Shown piece after piece: positions 9,466 through 19,628 of a stretch of DNA of 38,263 nt. The DNA comes from Halopseudomonas sp. Lineage in GTDB: Bacteria > Pseudomonadota > Gammaproteobacteria > Pseudomonadales > Pseudomonadaceae. The notes under the pieces were generated by a model. It saw nothing but the letters and a program-made list of their open reading frames with translations, had not been told where the DNA came from and ran no database searches. The stretch lies in contig JAWOGT010000198.1 of assembly GCA_046496585.1 (NCBI GenBank), positions 1 through 38,263 of the forward strand, given 5' to 3'. The number at the start of each line of letters is the position of its first letter. The stretch's first letter is position 1. A program made the translations under genes and the position numbers.

Positions 9466-12165
9466 GTGGATAATGAACTGTTTGACCCGGGCCAGTTCCA
9501 GGCCGAACTGGCCCTGAAAAGCAGCCCGGTGGCTGCCTTCAAGAAAGCCATTCGCCATGCGGATGCGGTACTGCGCGCGCGCTTCGAAGGGGGCCGCGAC
9601 ATTCACAAGCTGATTTACGAACGGGCCTGGTTTACCGATCAGATCCTGCGCAAGGCCTGGTCTATCCAGGCCAGCACCGATGCCGAAGACGTCGCCCTGC
9701 TCGCGGTGGGTGGCTATGGCCGCGGTGAACTGCATCCGCATTCGGATATCGACCTGCTGATCTTGCTCCGCGACAGCGACCAATATGCCCATAACGCGTC
9801 CATTGAACAATTTCTGATGCTGCTCTGGGACATCGGCCTGGAAGTCGGCCAGAGCGTGCGCTCGATCAGCGAATGCCAGCGAGAGGCGCGTGCCGACATC
9901 ACGGTGATCACCAACCTGATGGAGTCACGCACCCTGTCCGGTGACGAGCAGCTGCGGCAGAGCATGATCAGCGCCATCAGCGCCGAGCAGATGTGGGATG
10001 ACGCCCAGTTCTTTCGCGCCAAGCGCGCCGAACAGCACAAGCGTCACGGCAAATACAACGATACCGAATACAACCTCGAGCCCAACGTCAAAAGCTCCCC
10101 CGGTGGGCTGCGCGACATCCAGACTATCGGCTGGGTGGCATTGCGGCATTTCGGCACCAACGATCTACGCGAACTGGTCGAGCGCGGCTTTCTGAATGAA
10201 GCCGAATACAACATTCTCGCCTCCGGCCGCGCCTTCTTGTGGCAGGTGCGATTTGCCCTGCACATTCTGGCCAAACGTGCCGAAGATCGGCTGCTGTTCG
10301 ACCACCAGCGCACCATCGCGCAGATGATGGGCTACGAAGACAACGACAGCAAGTTGGCCGTCGAACGCTTTATGCAGAAGTATTATCGGGTAGTGATGTC
10401 GCTGTCGGAACTCAATGACCTGCTGATGCAGCACTTTGAAGAGATTCTGCTGCGCAATGCCGAAACCACCGAAATCGAGCCCCTTAACAGTCGTTTTCAG
10501 GTACGCAATCACTATATCGAAGTGACTCACCCGCAGGTCTTCAAGCGTGCGCCCTTCGCGCTGCTGGAGATTTTCCTGCTGATGGCCCAGCACCCGGAGA
10601 TCCGTGGTGTGCGCGCCGATACCATTCGTCTGCTGCGCGATCACCGGCATCTGATTGATGACGCCTTCCGCGCCGATATCCGCAATACCAGCCTGTTCGT
10701 TGAACTGTTTCGCTGCAGGGAAGGCATCCACCGCAACCTGCGGCGCATGAATCGCTACGGCATTCTCGGCCGCTATCTGCCGGAGTTCGGCAAAATCGTC
10801 GGGCAGATGCAGCACGACCTGTTTCACATCTATACGGTGGACGCGCACACGCTGAATCTGATCAAGCATCTGCGCAAGCTCAATCAGCCCGACTATCAGG
10901 AAAAGTTTCCGCTGGCCTGGCGGATTTTCTGCCGCTTGCCCAAGCCTGATCTGCTCTACATGGCCGGCTTGTATCACGATATCGCCAAGGGCCGCGGCGG
11001 CGATCACTCCGAGCTGGGCGCCGTGGACGCCACCGCATTCTGCCAGCGCCATCAGCTACCGGCCTGGGATACGCGGCTGGTCAGCTGGCTGGTGGAAAGC
11101 CACCTGATCATGTCCACCACCGCGCAGCGCAAGGATATTTCCGATCCGCAGGTGATTCACGACTTTGCCGTGCAGATGGGCAACCAGGTCCGCCTGGACT
11201 ACCTGTATGTACTGACTATCGCCGATATCAACGCCACCAACCCGACCCTCTGGAACTCCTGGCGCGCCTCGCTGTTGCGGCAGCTCTATACCGAGACCAA
11301 GCGCGCCTTGCGCCGGGGCCTGGACAACCCCCCGGATCGCGAGGAACAGGTGCATCAGACGCAACGCGCGGCGCTGGACATCGTGGTGCGCAGCGGTATA
11401 GAGGAAGAGGACGCCGAAGCGCTCTGGGAACAGCTGGGCGAAGATTATTTCCTGCGGCATACCGCCAGCGATGTCGCCTGGCATACCGAGGCGATCATCC
11501 AGCACCCGGATCACGCCGGACCGCTGGTGCAGATCAAGGAGACCGCCCAACGCGAGTTCGAGGGCGCCACGCAGATCTTCATCTATACGCCCGAGCAGCA
11601 CGACCTGTTTGCCGTGACCGTGGCGGCCATGGATCAGCTGAACCTGAGCATTCAGGATGCACGCATCATCACCTCGACCAACCGCTTCAGTCTGGACACC
11701 TATATTGTTCTGGATGCCGATGGCAGCTCGATTGGTGACAACCCTGAGCGCATTCAACAGATCAAGCATGATCTGATTGAAGCGCTGTCTGATCCGGACG
11801 CTTACCCTTCGATCATCCAGCGCCGCGTGCCGCGTCAGTTGAAGCACTTCTCCTTTGCTCCTGAAGTGACCATCTACAACTCGCCGGAAGGCCAGCACAC
11901 CATCCTGGAGCTCAGCGCGCCGGACCGGCCGGGCTTGCTGGCACGTATGGGCCGCATTCTGCTGGATTTTGATATCAGCGTGCAGAATGCCAAAATTGTC
12001 ACCCTGGGCGAGCGCGTAGATGACGTGTTCGTGCTGACGGATGCCAACAACCACGCCCTCTCCGACCCCGAGCTGTGCAGCCGGCTGCAACAGACCATCA
12101 TCGACACGCTGGGCAACAGTGCTCAGCAATCGGACACTACCCAGCCCAACCAGATCGTCATTTGA
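9466..12165 (+). CDS. glnD: [Protein-PII] uridylyltransferase / uridylyl-removing enzyme
   Basis: [19 protein letters not shown] nucleotidyltransferase motif, HD domain (HIYTVDAH...[13 protein letters not shown]), two C-terminal ACT domains; GTG start. Confidence 0.98.
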   Translation: MDNELFDPGQFQAELALKSSPVAAFKKAIRHADAVLRARFEGGRDIHKLIYERAWFTDQILRKAWSIQASTDAEDVALLAVGGYGRGELHPHSDIDLLILLRDSDQYAHNASIEQFLMLLWDIGLEVGQSVRSISECQREARADITVITNLMESRTLSGDEQLRQSMISAISAEQMWDDAQFFRAKRAEQHKRHGKYNDTEYNLEPNVKSSPGGLRDIQTIGWVALRHFGTNDLRELVERGFLNEAEYNILASGRAFLWQVRFALHILAKRAEDRLLFDHQRTIAQMMGYEDNDSKLAVERFMQKYYRVVMSLSELNDLLMQHFEEILLRNAETTEIEPLNSRFQVRNHYIEVTHPQVFKRAPFALLEIFLLMAQHPEIRGVRADTIRLLRDHRHLIDDAFRADIRNTSLFVELFRCREGIHRNLRRMNRYGILGRYLPEFGKIVGQMQHDLFHIYTVDAHTLNLIKHLRKLNQPDYQEKFPLAWRIFCRLPKPDLLYMAGLYHDIAKGRGGDHSELGAVDATAFCQRHQLPAWDTRLVSWLVESHLIMSTTAQRKDISDPQVIHDFAVQMGNQVRLDYLYVLTIADINATNPTLWNSWRASLLRQLYTETKRALRRGLDNPPDREEQVHQTQRAALDIVVRSGIEEEDAEALWEQLGEDYFLRHTASDVAWHTEAIIQHPDHAGPLVQIKETAQREFEGATQIFIYTPEQHDLFAVTVAAMDQLNLSIQDARIITSTNRFSLDTYIVLDADGSSIGDNPERIQQIKHDLIEALSDPDAYPSIIQRRVPRQLKHFSFAPEVTIYNSPEGQHTILELSAPDRPGLLARMGRILLDFDISVQNAKIVTLGERVDDVFVLTDANNHALSDPELCSRLQQTIIDTLGNSAQQSDTTQPNQIVI

Positions 12166-12178
12166 GGACCTCGCCCGC

Positions 12179-13375
12179 ATGAATAAAGACTTGCAACGCC
12201 TGCAGCCCTATCCCTTTGAAAAGCTGCGCGCGCTGATCGCGGACGTACAACCCAATCCGGCACTGCGGCCTATTTCGCTGTCGATCGGCGAGCCCAAGCA
12301 TCCCTCGCCAGCCTTTGTGCTGGAGACCCTGACCCGGCATCTGGATCAGGCGGCGGTCTACCCCACCACCGCCGGCATTCCCGCATTGCGCGAAGGCATC
12401 GCGCGTTGGCTGGAGCAACGCTTTGCGCTCGGCGCCGGCCAGGTCGATGCCCGCACCCAGGTGATACCGGTCAACGGCACCCGCGAAGCGCTATTCTCCT
12501 TTACCCAGGCCATGGTCAACCGCGACCCGGCCGGGCTGGTGGTCAGCCCGAATCCCTTCTATCAGATCTATGAAGGCGCCGCTTTGCTGGCCGGTGTCGA
12601 GCCGCACTACCTGCCCTGCGAGCAGAGCAACGGGTTTGTGCCCGATGTAGACACCGTGCCGGCGAGTGTCTGGGAGCGTTGTCAGCTGCTGTTTATCTGT
12701 ACGCCGGGCAATCCGACCGGCGCGGTGATGTCGCTGAGCGAAATGCAGAAATTGATCGGCCTGGCTGACCAGTACGATTTCGTGATTGCCTCCGATGAGT
12801 GCTACAGCGAAATCTACGCACCCCAAAACCAGGCTCCGCTGGGCCTGCTGCAGGCCTGCGCGGCGATGGGTCGGTTGGATTACGCTCGCTGCGTGGTGTT
12901 CCACAGCCTGTCCAAGCGCTCCAATTTGCCCGGTCTGCGCTCCGGCTTTGTGGCTGGCGATGCCAGCCTGTTGCAGCCGTTTCTGACCTACCGCACCTAC
13001 CATGGCTGCGCTATGCCGGTGCACGTCCAATACGCCAGTCTCGCGGCCTGGCAGGATGAGCAGCACGTCGAAGACAATCGCAGGCAATACCAAGCCAAAT
13101 TCGATGCAGTGCTGGATATTCTCGCTGGCGTCATGGACGTGCAGCGGCCCGATGCCGGCTTTTATCTCTGGCCGCGCACCCCGCTGGATGATCAGACTTT
13201 CACCCAGCGTCTGCTCGCCGAACAGAACGTCGCCGTCGTACCCGGCAGTTTCCTGTCGCGGGAGATTGATGGTTATAATCCCGGCGCCGGCCGTGTGCGC
13301 ATGGCCCTGGTCGCGCCGCTGGAAGACTGCATTGAAGCCGCCCAGCGGATTCGCAGCTTTATCGGGAGCCTCTGA
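12179..13375 (+). CDS. dapC: Succinyldiaminopimelate transaminase (class I/II PLP aminotransferase)
   Basis: LQPYPFEKL, SLSIGEPKHP, PGNPTG, SDECYSE, HSLSKRSNLPGLRSG (PLP lysine). ATG 12179 has a GAGGA RBS; the ORF-track start at 12041 overlaps glnD and is rejected. Confidence 0.93.
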   Translation: MNKDLQRLQPYPFEKLRALIADVQPNPALRPISLSIGEPKHPSPAFVLETLTRHLDQAAVYPTTAGIPALREGIARWLEQRFALGAGQVDARTQVIPVNGTREALFSFTQAMVNRDPAGLVVSPNPFYQIYEGAALLAGVEPHYLPCEQSNGFVPDVDTVPASVWERCQLLFICTPGNPTGAVMSLSEMQKLIGLADQYDFVIASDECYSEIYAPQNQAPLGLLQACAAMGRLDYARCVVFHSLSKRSNLPGLRSGFVAGDASLLQPFLTYRTYHGCAMPVHVQYASLAAWQDEQHVEDNRRQYQAKFDAVLDILAGVMDVQRPDAGFYLWPRTPLDDQTFTQRLLAEQNVAVVPGSFLSREIDGYNPGAGRVRMALVAPLEDCIEAAQRIRSFIGSL

Positions 13376-13378
13376 ACA

Positions 13379-13723
13379 ATGCTTATCCTGTATGGCATCA
13401 AAGCCTGTGACAGCATGAAAAAAGCCCGAACCTGGCTGGACGAGCACGGCGTCGACTATCAGTTTCATGATTACAAGAAAGACGGCATCAGCGCCGACCA
13501 GCTGAAGGCCTGGTGCAGCGAGCATGGTTGGGAGAAGATTCTCAACCGTCAGGGCACGACCTTTCGCAAGCTCGAGGACAGTGACAAGCAAGACATCGAT
13601 ACTGGCAAGGCTATTGCGCTGATGCAGGCCAACCCCTCGATGATCAAAAGACCCGTACTGGATACCGGCGCACAACGGCTGGTGGGTTTCAAACCCGCTG
13701 AATACGCCGCCACCTTTGACTGA
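13379..13723 (+). CDS. ArsC/Spx family reductase-like protein (YffB-like)
   Basis: LYGIKACDSMKKARTWL...FHDYKKDG...NRQGTTFRKL...PSMIKRPVL...VGF. Confidence 0.93.
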   Translation: MLILYGIKACDSMKKARTWLDEHGVDYQFHDYKKDGISADQLKAWCSEHGWEKILNRQGTTFRKLEDSDKQDIDTGKAIALMQANPSMIKRPVLDTGAQRLVGFKPAEYAATFD

Positions 13724-13756
13724 CAACCGCACCAATTGCATCCAAGGAAGCACCCC

Positions 13757-14791
13757 ATGAGCGAATGTTTTAGCCTGGCCTTTGGCATCGGCACTCAGAA
13801 TAACGCAGGTGACTGGCTGGAGGTGTACTACCCTCAGCCGCTGCTGAATCCCGAAGCAGACCTGATCAAGGTCATCAGTGAACAGCTGGGCTACAACGGC
13901 GGCAATCAGGCTATTGAGCTGGCTGGCAAGCAGTGCGATGCCCTGATTGCAGCGCTCAGCGCTGCGGGCTTTGTCGACGCCGCGGCGCTGATGACCTCTG
14001 TGCAGGGCAGCACCCAGCCTCTGGTCGTCACGGTATTGGCTACCGACGAAGCCCCGGTGTCCACCCCCGAGGCCTACCTCAAGCTGCACCTACTGTCTCA
14101 CCGTCTGGTCAAGCCGCACGGTGTGGTACTGGCCGGGATCTTCCCGCTGCTACCGAACGTCGCCTGGACCAATCAGGGCGCTATCGATATCAACGAACTG
14201 CCGCAGCGCCAGCTGGCCGCTCGCCTGCAGGGCCAGTCGCTGAATGTGATGAGTGTGGATAAATTCCCGTGCATGACCGATTACGTTGTGCCGTCGGGGG
14301 TGCGCATTGCCAATACCGCCCGTGTGCGCCTGGGCGCCTATGTCGGCGAAGGCACCACCGTCATGCACGAAGGCTTTATCAACTTCAACGCCGGGACCGC
14401 GGGCACCAGCATGGTTGAAGGGCGCATCTCGGCTGGCGTGTTTGTCGGCAAGGGCTCGGACCTGGGTGGCGGCAGCTCGACCATGGGCACGCTGTCTGGC
14501 GGCGGCAATATCGTCATCTCGGTCGGCGAAGGCTGTCTGATCGGGGCCAATGCCGGTATCGGCATTCCGCTGGGCGATCGCTGCACCATTGAGGCGGGGC
14601 TGTATATTACCGCCGGCATCAAGGTTGCGCTGCTGGATGATGCGGATAATCTGGTCGAAGTGGTCAAGGCCCGCGACCTGGCTAACCAGACCGACTTGCT
14701 GTTTCGCCGCAACTCGCAGACCGGCTCAATCGAATGCAAGACCAACAAGAGCGCGATCCAGCTCAACGACATGCTGCACGCACACAACTGA
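13757..14791 (+). CDS. dapD: Tetrahydrodipicolinate N-succinyltransferase (long Pseudomonas/Mycobacterium type)
   Basis: EAYLKLHLLSHRLVKPHG, VDKFP.MTDYVVPSGVRIA, hexapeptide repeats, LLFRRNSQTG, C-terminal LHAHN. ATG 13757 has an AAGGA RBS. Confidence 0.97.
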   Translation: MSECFSLAFGIGTQNNAGDWLEVYYPQPLLNPEADLIKVISEQLGYNGGNQAIELAGKQCDALIAALSAAGFVDAAALMTSVQGSTQPLVVTVLATDEAPVSTPEAYLKLHLLSHRLVKPHGVVLAGIFPLLPNVAWTNQGAIDINELPQRQLAARLQGQSLNVMSVDKFPCMTDYVVPSGVRIANTARVRLGAYVGEGTTVMHEGFINFNAGTAGTSMVEGRISAGVFVGKGSDLGGGSSTMGTLSGGGNIVISVGEGCLIGANAGIGIPLGDRCTIEAGLYITAGIKVALLDDADNLVEVVKARDLANQTDLLFRRNSQTGSIECKTNKSAIQLNDMLHAHN

Positions 14792-14806
14792 ACCCCGGCG
14801 GGGTTT

Positions 14807-14836
14807 AGCCGCAAGCTTCAAGCTTCAAGCGGCAAG
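14807..14836 (+). repeat. Heptamer tandem array (AGCnnCA x4)
   Basis: AGCCGCA-AGCTTCA-AGCTTCA-AGCGGCA-AG, starting 16 bp after the dapD stop. Confidence 0.8.
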
Positions 14837-14866
14837 TTGATCGAGGGTGCTACGAGTACCGTGACA

Positions 14867-14902
14867 ATAAAGCCCGTTCCGATTTATCGGCACGGGCTTT
14901 AT
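14867..14902. terminator. Probable bidirectional terminator between convergent dapD and tcdA
   Basis: ATAAAGCCCGTTCCGAT-TT-ATCGGCACGGGCTTTAT, a long inverted repeat with one mismatch and A/T-rich ends. Confidence 0.7.
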
Positions 14903-14905
14903 GTA

Positions 14906-14989
14906 TTTCGCTTTTCGCTTTTCGCTTTTCGCTTGTAGCTTGTAGCTTGTAGCTTGTAGCTTGTAGCTTGTAGCTTGTAGCTTGCCGCT
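14906..14989 (-). repeat. Heptamer VNTR: (GCTTTTC)x3 (GCTTGTA)x7 GCTTGCC on the plus strand
   Basis: Read directly: 14910-14930 three GCTTTTC, 14931-14979 seven perfect GCTTGTA, 14980-14986 GCTTGCC; abuts the tcdA stop codon. Confidence 0.97.
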
Positions 14990-15765
14990 CAGCGCAGGAT
15001 GCGCTGAACGGCTTGCGCGGCGGCGACCATGCCGAAGGTGGCGGTGACCATGGTGACTGAACCGAAGCCGCCGGCGCAGTCGAGCTTGACGCCCTCGCCA
15101 ACGAAAGACTTCTGCTGACAGACACTGCCATCGGGTTGCGGGTAACGCAGCTGTTCGGTGGAATACACGCAGGGTACACCAAAGCTGCGCTTGCTCCCGG
15201 AGCGGGGAAAGTTGTGATCACGCCGCAGCATTGAGCGCGCCTTGGCGGCCAGAGGGTCATTGACGGTTTTTGACAGGTCGGAAACCTTGATCTGCGTCGG
15301 GTCAATCTGTCCACCGGCACCACCGGTAGTGATCACCGGGATCCTGCGCCGCCTGCACCAGGCGATCAACGCGACTTTCGAGGCGACGCTGTCGATGCAA
15401 TCGATGACGCAGTCAAACTCCTCAGTGATGTGTTGAGCCAGATTGTTCTCGGTGACGAAATCCATGACTGGCCGCACATCGCACGCCGGGTTGATCGCAC
15501 GCAAGCGTTCGGCCATGGCCTCGACCTTGGCCCGACCAATCTGGCCAGTCATTGCCGGCAGTTGGCGGTTGGTGTTGGTCACGCAGATCTCGTCCATATC
15601 GAACAGCGAAATGCGCCCGATAGCGGTACGTCCCAAGGCTTCGGCCACCCAGCTGCCGACGCCGCCAATGCCGACCACCGCCACATGGCTGGCCTGCAAC
15701 TGCGCCAGACCCGACTGGCCATACACGCGGGCAATGCCACCAAAGCGCGGATCATCTGTACTCAT
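14989..15765 (-). CDS. tcdA: tRNA cyclic N6-threonylcarbamoyladenosine(37) synthase TcdA (CsdL), ThiF family
   Basis: RFGGIARVYG, VVGIGGVGSW, TNTNRQL, DCIDS, GGAGGQIDP, DPLAAK, CVYSTEQL, LDCAGGFGS. ATG 15765 has a GAGG RBS. Confidence 0.96.
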   Translation of the reverse strand: MSTDDPRFGGIARVYGQSGLAQLQASHVAVVGIGGVGSWVAEALGRTAIGRISLFDMDEICVTNTNRQLPAMTGQIGRAKVEAMAERLRAINPACDVRPVMDFVTENNLAQHITEEFDCVIDCIDSVASKVALIAWCRRRRIPVITTGGAGGQIDPTQIKVSDLSKTVNDPLAAKARSMLRRDHNFPRSGSKRSFGVPCVYSTEQLRYPQPDGSVCQQKSFVGEGVKLDCAGGFGSVTMVTATFGMVAAAQAVQRILR

Positions 15766-15791
15766 GCACACCTCAATTTGCGATGCGCTGC

Positions 15792-15841
15792 ATTATACGC
15801 CTCATGCTGGCGCAGACCAGCACGCCGGCGGGTGTTAACAT
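15792..15841. promoter_or_regulatory. Putative back-to-back sigma70 promoters (tcdA and the spermidine-synthase-like/rlmF unit)
   Basis: Perfect TATAAT on the minus strand at 15792-15797; TG-T-TAACAT on the plus strand at 15833-15841; a small inverted repeat TGCTGG-N6-CCAGCA lies between them. Confidence 0.4.
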
Positions 15842-15876
15842 AGCTCCCCTTAAACCGCCGCGCTTGGGGACTGACC

Positions 15877-16599
15877 ATGGGTCTGTTGTTTGAAGAAATT
15901 GATATCCAGCCGTCGCCCATCGGCGAGATCTCCCTGCGCCGGCGGCGCATTCCGGCACTCGGCGAGCGGGATATTTACGAGGTCAAGCTCGGCGACGAAT
16001 TCCTCATGTCGAGCATGTTCTACGACGCTGAAATAGCGCTGGCCGATCTGGGCCTCGCGGCCGTCAAAGGTGAGGCGCTGGCGGTGGTGGTCGGTGGGCT
16101 GGGACTCGGCTACACGGCTGTCGCAGCGCTCAAGGATCAGCGCGTTAGCGAGCTGCTGGTGGTCGACTACCTGGACACCGTGATCCGTTGGCACCAGCAG
16201 GAAAAGGTACCCCTGGGCCGCGAGCTGAACGCCGACTCGCGCAGCCGCTACGTGCATGGCAGTTTCTTTGACATGGCCGTAGCCGAACACAGCGGCTTCG
16301 ATCCATTGGCCCCTGGGCGCCTGTTCGATGCCATCTTGCTGGATATTGACCACTCGCCCCGCGCGCTGCTGCAGCATGGCAACGCCAGCTTCTATACGCC
16401 TGACAGTCTGGGCCGTATGGCCCGGCAACTGCGTGCGGGCGGCGCCTTTGCGCTCTGGTCACAGGACCCGCCCGATGCCGATTTCATGCAGGTCATGGAC
16501 AGCGTATTCGTTGACACGGCCGCCCATATCATTCCCTTCTTCAACCCGTTCCAGAACGGTGAAGCCACCAATACCATTTATGTTGGAGTTAAAGCCTGA
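15877..16599 (+). CDS. Spermidine synthase-like / class I SAM-dependent transferase of unknown substrate
   Basis: VVVGGLGLGY glycine-rich motif I, acidic residue after beta2 (LLVVD), FDAILLDID motif, N-terminal beta-rich region ending in FLMSS. Lacks the SpeE-type GGGDG signature. Confidence 0.75.
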   Translation: MGLLFEEIDIQPSPIGEISLRRRRIPALGERDIYEVKLGDEFLMSSMFYDAEIALADLGLAAVKGEALAVVVGGLGLGYTAVAALKDQRVSELLVVDYLDTVIRWHQQEKVPLGRELNADSRSRYVHGSFFDMAVAEHSGFDPLAPGRLFDAILLDIDHSPRALLQHGNASFYTPDSLGRMARQLRAGGAFALWSQDPPDADFMQVMDSVFVDTAAHIIPFFNPFQNGEATNTIYVGVKA

Positions 16600-17567
16600 T
16601 GCCCTTCCATCCCCGTAACAAGCACAAGGGCCACTACAACCTGGGTGCGCTGAGCGCTGCCAACCCGGCACTCAAGGCGCTGATCATCCGTAACCAGGAT
16701 GGCGAAAAAACCCTCGACTTCACTGACCCACAGGCGGTCAAGGAACTCAATCGCGCACTCCTGCAGTTACAGTACGGGGTCACCGACTGGGACATTCCCG
16801 AAGGCTACCTGTGCCCGCCGATTCCCGGCCGCGCCGATCTGATCCACGCGATTGCCGACCTGTTGGGCGAGAGTCACGACGGCCATATTCCCACCGGACC
16901 CGGCCTTAGCGGCCTGGATATCGGCACCGGAGCGAATCTGGTTTATCCGCTGATCGGCCAGCATGAATATCAGTGGCATTTTGTCGGTAGCGAGATTGAT
17001 CAGGCGGCGCTGGATAACGCCGCACGCATTCTCGCCGCCAATGCCCGGTTGCAGGGGCAGATCAGCCTGCGCAAGCAGGCTGATCCCGAGGCGATCTTCA
17101 GCGGCATCGTCGCGGCCGATGAACAGTTCGACTTTAGCCTGTGCAACCCACCCTTTCACGCCAACAAGGGCGAGGCCAACGCCGCTACCGAGCGCAAATG
17201 GCGCAACCTGGGCAAAGACAAGATCGTCGATGGCCCCAAGCTGAACTTCGGCGGGCAGTCCACCGAACTGATCACCCAGGGCGGCGAAGCCGGGTTTCTG
17301 GGGCGCATGATCACAGAGAGCGCAGGCATTGCCCGGCAGGTCTTCTGGTTCACCACCCTGGTGTCCAAAGCGGCGCTGCTCAGTGATCTGGAACAGCAGC
17401 TCAAAGCACTGGGCGCCACCGATATTCGCGTTGTCAGTCTGGCCCAGGGTCAAAAGCAGAGTCGCTTGCTAGCCTGGACGTTTCTCGACAAGAAGCAACG
17501 CCGGGCCTGGCGTAAAGCCCGCTGGCCGAACGCAGCTAGCCGTGCGCCACTAGCCGTGCGCCACTAG
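16599..17567 (+). CDS. rlmF: 23S rRNA (adenine(1618)-N6)-methyltransferase RlmF
   Basis: HPRNKH, LCPPIPGRADLIH, LDIGTGAN.VYPLIG, CNPPFH, LNFGGQ..EL...GGE, WFTTLVSK, QGQKQSR..AWTF; TGATG overlap with the upstream gene. Confidence 0.96.
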   Translation: MPFHPRNKHKGHYNLGALSAANPALKALIIRNQDGEKTLDFTDPQAVKELNRALLQLQYGVTDWDIPEGYLCPPIPGRADLIHAIADLLGESHDGHIPTGPGLSGLDIGTGANLVYPLIGQHEYQWHFVGSEIDQAALDNAARILAANARLQGQISLRKQADPEAIFSGIVAADEQFDFSLCNPPFHANKGEANAATERKWRNLGKDKIVDGPKLNFGGQSTELITQGGEAGFLGRMITESAGIARQVFWFTTLVSKAALLSDLEQQLKALGATDIRVVSLAQGQKQSRLLAWTFLDKKQRRAWRKARWPNAASRAPLAVRH

Positions 17568-17576
17568 CCGTATGCC
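17536..17576 (+). repeat. 14-bp tandem repeat spanning the rlmF stop codon
   Basis: CTAGCCGTGCGCCA twice exactly (17536-17549, 17550-17563) plus a third diverged copy CTAGCCGTATGCC (17564-17576). Confidence 0.9.
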
Positions 17577-17636
17577 CCCGAAAGCCTGAAGCACACTGAA
17601 CCGCGCGCCCGGCCCTGAGCTGATCAGGGTCGACTC

Positions 17637-17645
17637 TGCTATCAT
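17637..17645 (+). promoter_or_regulatory. Putative extended -10 promoter for the dapE operon
   Basis: TG-C-TATCAT about 33 bp upstream of the dapE ATG. Confidence 0.35.
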
Positions 17646-17647
17646 GA

Positions 17648-18813
<1,166 letters not shown>

Positions 18814-18814
<1 letters not shown>

Positions 18815-19617
18815 TGCACAGACTGATTTGCCCCCACTGCCAGGCGCCGCTGAGCGCGCAGGATCGCCATTGGGCCTGCGAGAACGGCCACGGCTACGAT
18901 CAGGCGCGTCAAGGCTACCTGAACCTGCTGCTGGTCCAGCACAAGAATAGCCGCCAGCCGGGCGATACGCCGGCCATGCTGGCTTGTCGCCAGGCGTTTC
19001 TGGATGGCGGCCATTACCAGCCGATCAGCGACCAGATCAATCAGATCTTTACCGAGCAAGCCCCCGAAACCCTGCTGGATATGGGCTGTGGCGAAGGCTA
19101 CTACACCGCCCGCCTCGCCGCCGCCCTGCCGCAATGCGCGGTCGCCGGCCTGGACATCAGCAAGGATGCCATCCACAAAGCCTGTCGTCGCAGTCGTGCA
19201 ATCCAGTGGCTGGTTGCGTCCAGTGCCCGCCTCCCGGTGCCCGATGCCAGTCTGGATGCGGCACTCTGCGTGTTCAGCCCCTGGAGCTGGGACGAGTGCC
19301 TGCGCGCACTCAAACCCGGCGGCCAGGTGCTGCTGGTCGGCCCGGATGCCGATCATCTGATGCGTCTGCGCGAACAGCTCTACGACAGCATTCACCCGAC
19401 GCCGGAATTGATCAAGGCGCTGCCGGACGGCCTGCAGATCGTCAAGGATCAAACCCTGCGCTATGCTCTGAACCTGAATCCGGCCGATTTGGCCAACCTG
19501 ATCGGCATGACGCCGCATGGCTTCCGCAGCCGCCCCGAACGCCAGCAGGCGCTGCTGGAAACCGGGCTGCCATCACTGGAAGTGGCCATGCGTCTGGTCT
19601 TGCTGCAACGCTCCTGA
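18814..19617 (+). CDS. rlmA: RlmA-family RNA methyltransferase (23S m1G745-like)
   Basis: N-terminal Zn motif CPHC...CENGHGYD.ARQGYLNLL, PGD, FLDGGHY, LDMGCGEGYY, GLDISK; TGATG overlap with dapE. Exact target not provable from sequence. Confidence 0.8.
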
Positions 19618-19628
19618 GAGGACTGCCC

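Noticed and set aside
12491-14089. 532-aa minus-strand ORF spanning dapC/yffB/dapD
   Set aside because: Antisense to three well-supported genes that happen to share the same frame; no independent coding signal.
14807-14989. Possible CRISPR array
   Set aside because: Units are 7-bp tandem repeats without spacers, and there are no cas genes in the window.
14850-15323. 157-aa ORF with ATSYKLQ repeats
   Set aside because: Out-of-frame overlap with tcdA; the peptide repeat is only the translation of the heptamer VNTR.
18984-19628. N-terminal extension making a 343-aa ORF (possible fusion or frameshift)
   Set aside because: Overlaps the rlmA-like gene in another frame with Arg/Pro-rich off-frame composition; a GTG with RBS at 19629 explains the real gene.
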